This document shows, one piece after another, positions 61,401 to 64,000 of a stretch of 64,000 nucleotides of DNA. How positions within the stretch are numbered: the first letter of the stretch is position 1; each line of letters opens with the position of its first letter. A model generated the notes under the pieces. The model worked only from the letters and a program-made list of their open reading frames with translations, had not been told where the DNA came from and did not search any database. Position numbers and translations under genes: made by a program. The DNA comes from Eledone cirrhosa (Eukaryota): contig OZ024744.1 in assembly GCA_964016885.1 (NCBI GenBank), forward strand, positions 129,828,001 to 129,892,000. Direction: 5' to 3'.

Positions 61401-64000
61401 GTTAAGTTGGGGTTAAGTTAAGTTGGGGTTAAATTAAGTTGCGGTTAAGTTAAGTTGATGTTAAGTTAAGTTGGGGTTAAGTTAAGTTGGGGTTAAGTTA
61501 AGTTGGGGCTAAGTTAAGTTGGGGCTAAGTTCAGTTGGGGCTAAGTTAAGTTGGGGTTAAGTTAAGGTGGGGTTCAGTTAAGTTGGGGTTAAGTTAAGTT
61601 GGGGTTAAGTTAAGTTGGGGTTAAGTTAAGTTGGGGTTAAGTTAAGTTGGGGTTACGTTAAGTTGGGGGTAAGTTAAGTTGGTGGTAAGTTAAGTTGGGG
61701 GTAAGTTAAGATGGGGTTAAGTTAAGTTGGGGTTAATTTAAGTTGGGGTTAAGTTAAGTTGGGGTTAAGTTAAGTTGGGGTTAAGTTAAGTTGGGGTTAA
61801 GTTAAGTTGGGGTTAAATTAAGTTGGGGTTAAATTAAGTTGGGGTTAAGTTAAGTTGGGGTTATGTTAAGTTGGTGTTAAGTTAAGTTGGGGTTAAGTTA
61901 AGTTGGGGTTAAGTTAGGTTGGTGTTAAGTTAAGTTGGGGTTAAGTTAAGTTGGGGTTAAGTTATGTTGGGTTTAAGTTAAGTTGGGGCTAAGTTAAGTT
62001 AGGGCTAAGTTAAGTTGGGGTTAAGTAAAGTTAGGGCTAAGTTAATTTGGGGTTAAGTTAAGTTGGGGTTAAGTTAAGTTGGGTTTAAGTTAAGTTGGGG
62101 TTAAGTTAAGTTGGGTTTAAATTAAGTTGGGGTTAATCTAAGTTGGGGTTAAGTTAAATTGAGGTTAAGTTAAGTTGGGGTTAATTTAAGTTGGGGTTAA
62201 GCTAAGTTGGGGTTAAGTTAAATTGAGGTTAAGTTAAGTTGGGGTTAAGTTAAGTTGGGCTTAATTTAAGTTGGGGCTAAGTAAAGTTGGGGCTAAGTTA
62301 AGTGGGGGTTAAGTTAAGTTAGGGTTGAGTTAAGTTGGGGTTAAGTTAACTTTGGGTTAAGTTAAGTTGGGTTTGAGTTAAGTTGGGGTTAATTAAGTTG
62401 GGGTTAAGTTAAGTTGGGGTTAAGTTAAGTTGGGGTTAAGTTAAGTTGGGGTTAAGTTAAGTTGAGGTTAAGTTAAGTTGGGGTTAAGTTAAGTTGGTGT
62501 TAAGTTAAGTGGGGCTAAGTTAAGTTGGGGCTAAGTTAAGTTGGGGCTTAGTTAAGTTGGGGTTAAGTTAAGTTGGGGTTAAGTTAAGGTGGGGTTTAGT
62601 TAAGTTGGGGTCAACTAAAGTTGGGGTTAAGTTAAGTTGGGGTTCACTTAAGTTGGGGTTAATCTAAGTTGGGGTTAAGTTAGGTTGGGGTTTATTTAAG
62701 TTGGGGTTCAGTTAATTTGGGGTTAAGTTAAGTTTGGGTTAAGTTGGGGTTAAATTAAGTTGGGGTTAAGTTAAGTTGGGGTTAAGTTACGTTGGGGTTA
62801 ATTTAAGTTGGGGTTAAGTTAAGTTGCGGGTAATTTAAGTTGGGGTTAAGTTAAGTTGGGGTTAAGTTAAGTTGGGGTTAAGTTAAGTTGGAGGTAAGTT
62901 AAGTTGGGGGTAAGTTAACTTGGGAGTAAGTTAAGTTGGGGTTAAGTTAAGTTGGGGTTAAGTTAAGTTGGGGTTAAGTTAAGTTAGGGTTAAGTTAAGT
63001 TGGGGTTGAGTTAAGTTGGGGTTAAGTTAAGTTGGGGTTATGTTAAGTTGGGGTTAAGTTAAATTGGGGTTAATTTAACTTTGTGGTTAAGTTAAGTTGG
63101 GGTTAAGTTAAGTTGGGGTTAAGTTAAGTTGGGGTTAATTTAAGTTGCGGATAAGTTAAGTTGAGGTTAAGTTAAGTTGGGGTTAAGTTAAGTTGGGGTT
63201 AAGTTAAGTTGGGGCTAAGTTAAGTTGGGGCTAAGTTAAGTTGGGGCTTAGTTAAGTTGGGGTTAAGTTAAGTTGGGGTTAAGTTAAGGTGGGGTTTAGT
63301 TAAGTTGGGGTCAACTAAAGTTGGGGTTAAGTTAAGTTGGGGTTTATTTAAGTTGGGGTTCAGTTAATTTGGGGTTAAGTTAAGTTTGGGTTAAGTTGGG
63401 GTTAAATTAAGTTGGGGTTAAGTTAAGTTGGTGTTAATTTAAGTTGGGGTTAAGTTAAGTTGGGGTTAAGTTAAGTTGGGGTTAAGTTGAGTTGGGGTAA
63501 AGTTAAGTTGGGGTTAAGTTAAGTTGGGGTTAATTTAAGTTGGGGTTAAGTTAAGTTGGGGTTAATTTAAGTTGGGGTTAATTTAAGTTGGGGTTAAGTT
63601 AAGTTGGGGTTAAGTTAAGTTGGGGTTAAGTTAAGTTGGGGGTAAGTTAAGTTGGGGTTAAGTTAAGTTGGGGTTAAGTTGGGGTTAAGTTAAGTTAGGG
63701 TTAACTTAAGTTGGGGTTAAGTTAAGTGGTGGTTATGTTAAGTGGTGGTTATGTTAACTTGGGGTTAAGTTAAGTTGAGGTTAAGTTAAATTGGGGTTAA
63801 GTTAAGTTGCGGTTAAGTTAAGTTGGGGTTAAGTTAAGTTGGGGTTAAGTTAATTAGGGTTAAGTTAAGTTGGGGTTAAGTTAAGTTGGGGTTAAGTTAA
63901 GTTGCGGTTAAGTTAAGTTGGCGTTAAGTTAAGTTGGGGTTAAGTTAAGTTGGGATTAAGTTAAGTTGGGGTTAAGTTAAGTTGGGGTTAAGTTAAGTTG
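58420..64000 (+). repeat. At least 5.5-kb block duplicating ~29000-34600 (offset ~29.4 kb), continuing past the window end
   Basis: GTCAG 29841/59259 and GCGGCTAAT 31234/60652 (29418); GGAGGTAAG 33488/62890 and GGCGTTAAG 34518/63920 (29402). Confidence 0.85.

Larger units (their letters stand above)
1..64000 (+). repeat. 16-bp tandem satellite, consensus TTAAGTTAAGTTGGGG (~4,000 copies, head-to-tail, G-rich strand on +)
   Basis: GGGG tracts recur every 16 nt (e.g. 64, 80, 96) and the pattern continues to 64000 with no unique sequence and no strand switch. Most deviations are single substitutions, plus 11-, 14-, 15- and 17-nt length variants. Confidence 0.99.

Noticed and set aside
1-64000. 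Protein-coding ORFs on either strand
   Set aside because: Each monomer has two TAA triplets on each strand, and the 16-bp period rotates the frame, so all six frames stop within about 48 bp.
1-64000. CRISPR array or other repeat-spacer system
   Set aside because: There are no unique spacers. The differences between units are point variants of one 16-mer.
1-64000. Telomere tract freshly synthesised by telomerase
   Set aside because: Variant patterns are copied identically over kilobases, which indicates DNA-templated duplication. No chromosome end is visible in the window.
1-64000. Low-complexity sequencing noise or a single concatemeric read artefact
   Set aside because: Variants are reproducible across copies and organised in several different nested periods, which random error or one rolling template would not produce.
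1-64000. Variant monomers as a deliberate information code, or a ~160-bp nucleosome-length repeat
   Set aside because: The variant order is explained by duplication history. I saw no consistent 10-monomer periodicity and have no evidence of selection.

Overview
The whole 64,000-nt window is one uninterrupted, single-orientation satellite array. It holds about 4,000 copies of a 16-bp unit, TTAAG-TTAAG-TTGGGG (GGGGTTAAGTTAAGTT), and runs off both ends. The + strand is G/T-rich and almost free of C. I see no genes, RNA genes, transposons or CRISPR arrays: TAA stops fall in all six frames within every ~48 bp. The information lies in the variant monomers, which recur in the same order and show nested higher-order repeats (HORs). 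These comprise local tandem duplications of 250, ~1201 and 1630 bp, an older ~3.5-4.1 kb unit, a ~7.6 kb HOR, and long re-occurrences at offsets of ~36.1-36.6 kb and ~29.4 kb. One block at ~22.4-23.2 kb appears single-copy. The monomer looks like a compound telomere-type motif, but the array structure points to amplification by recombination, as in eukaryotic centromeric, subtelomeric or interstitial satellite. Organism, chromosomal position and function cannot be determined from this window. All offsets were read by eye from diagnostic variants, and block boundaries are approximate (tens of bp).
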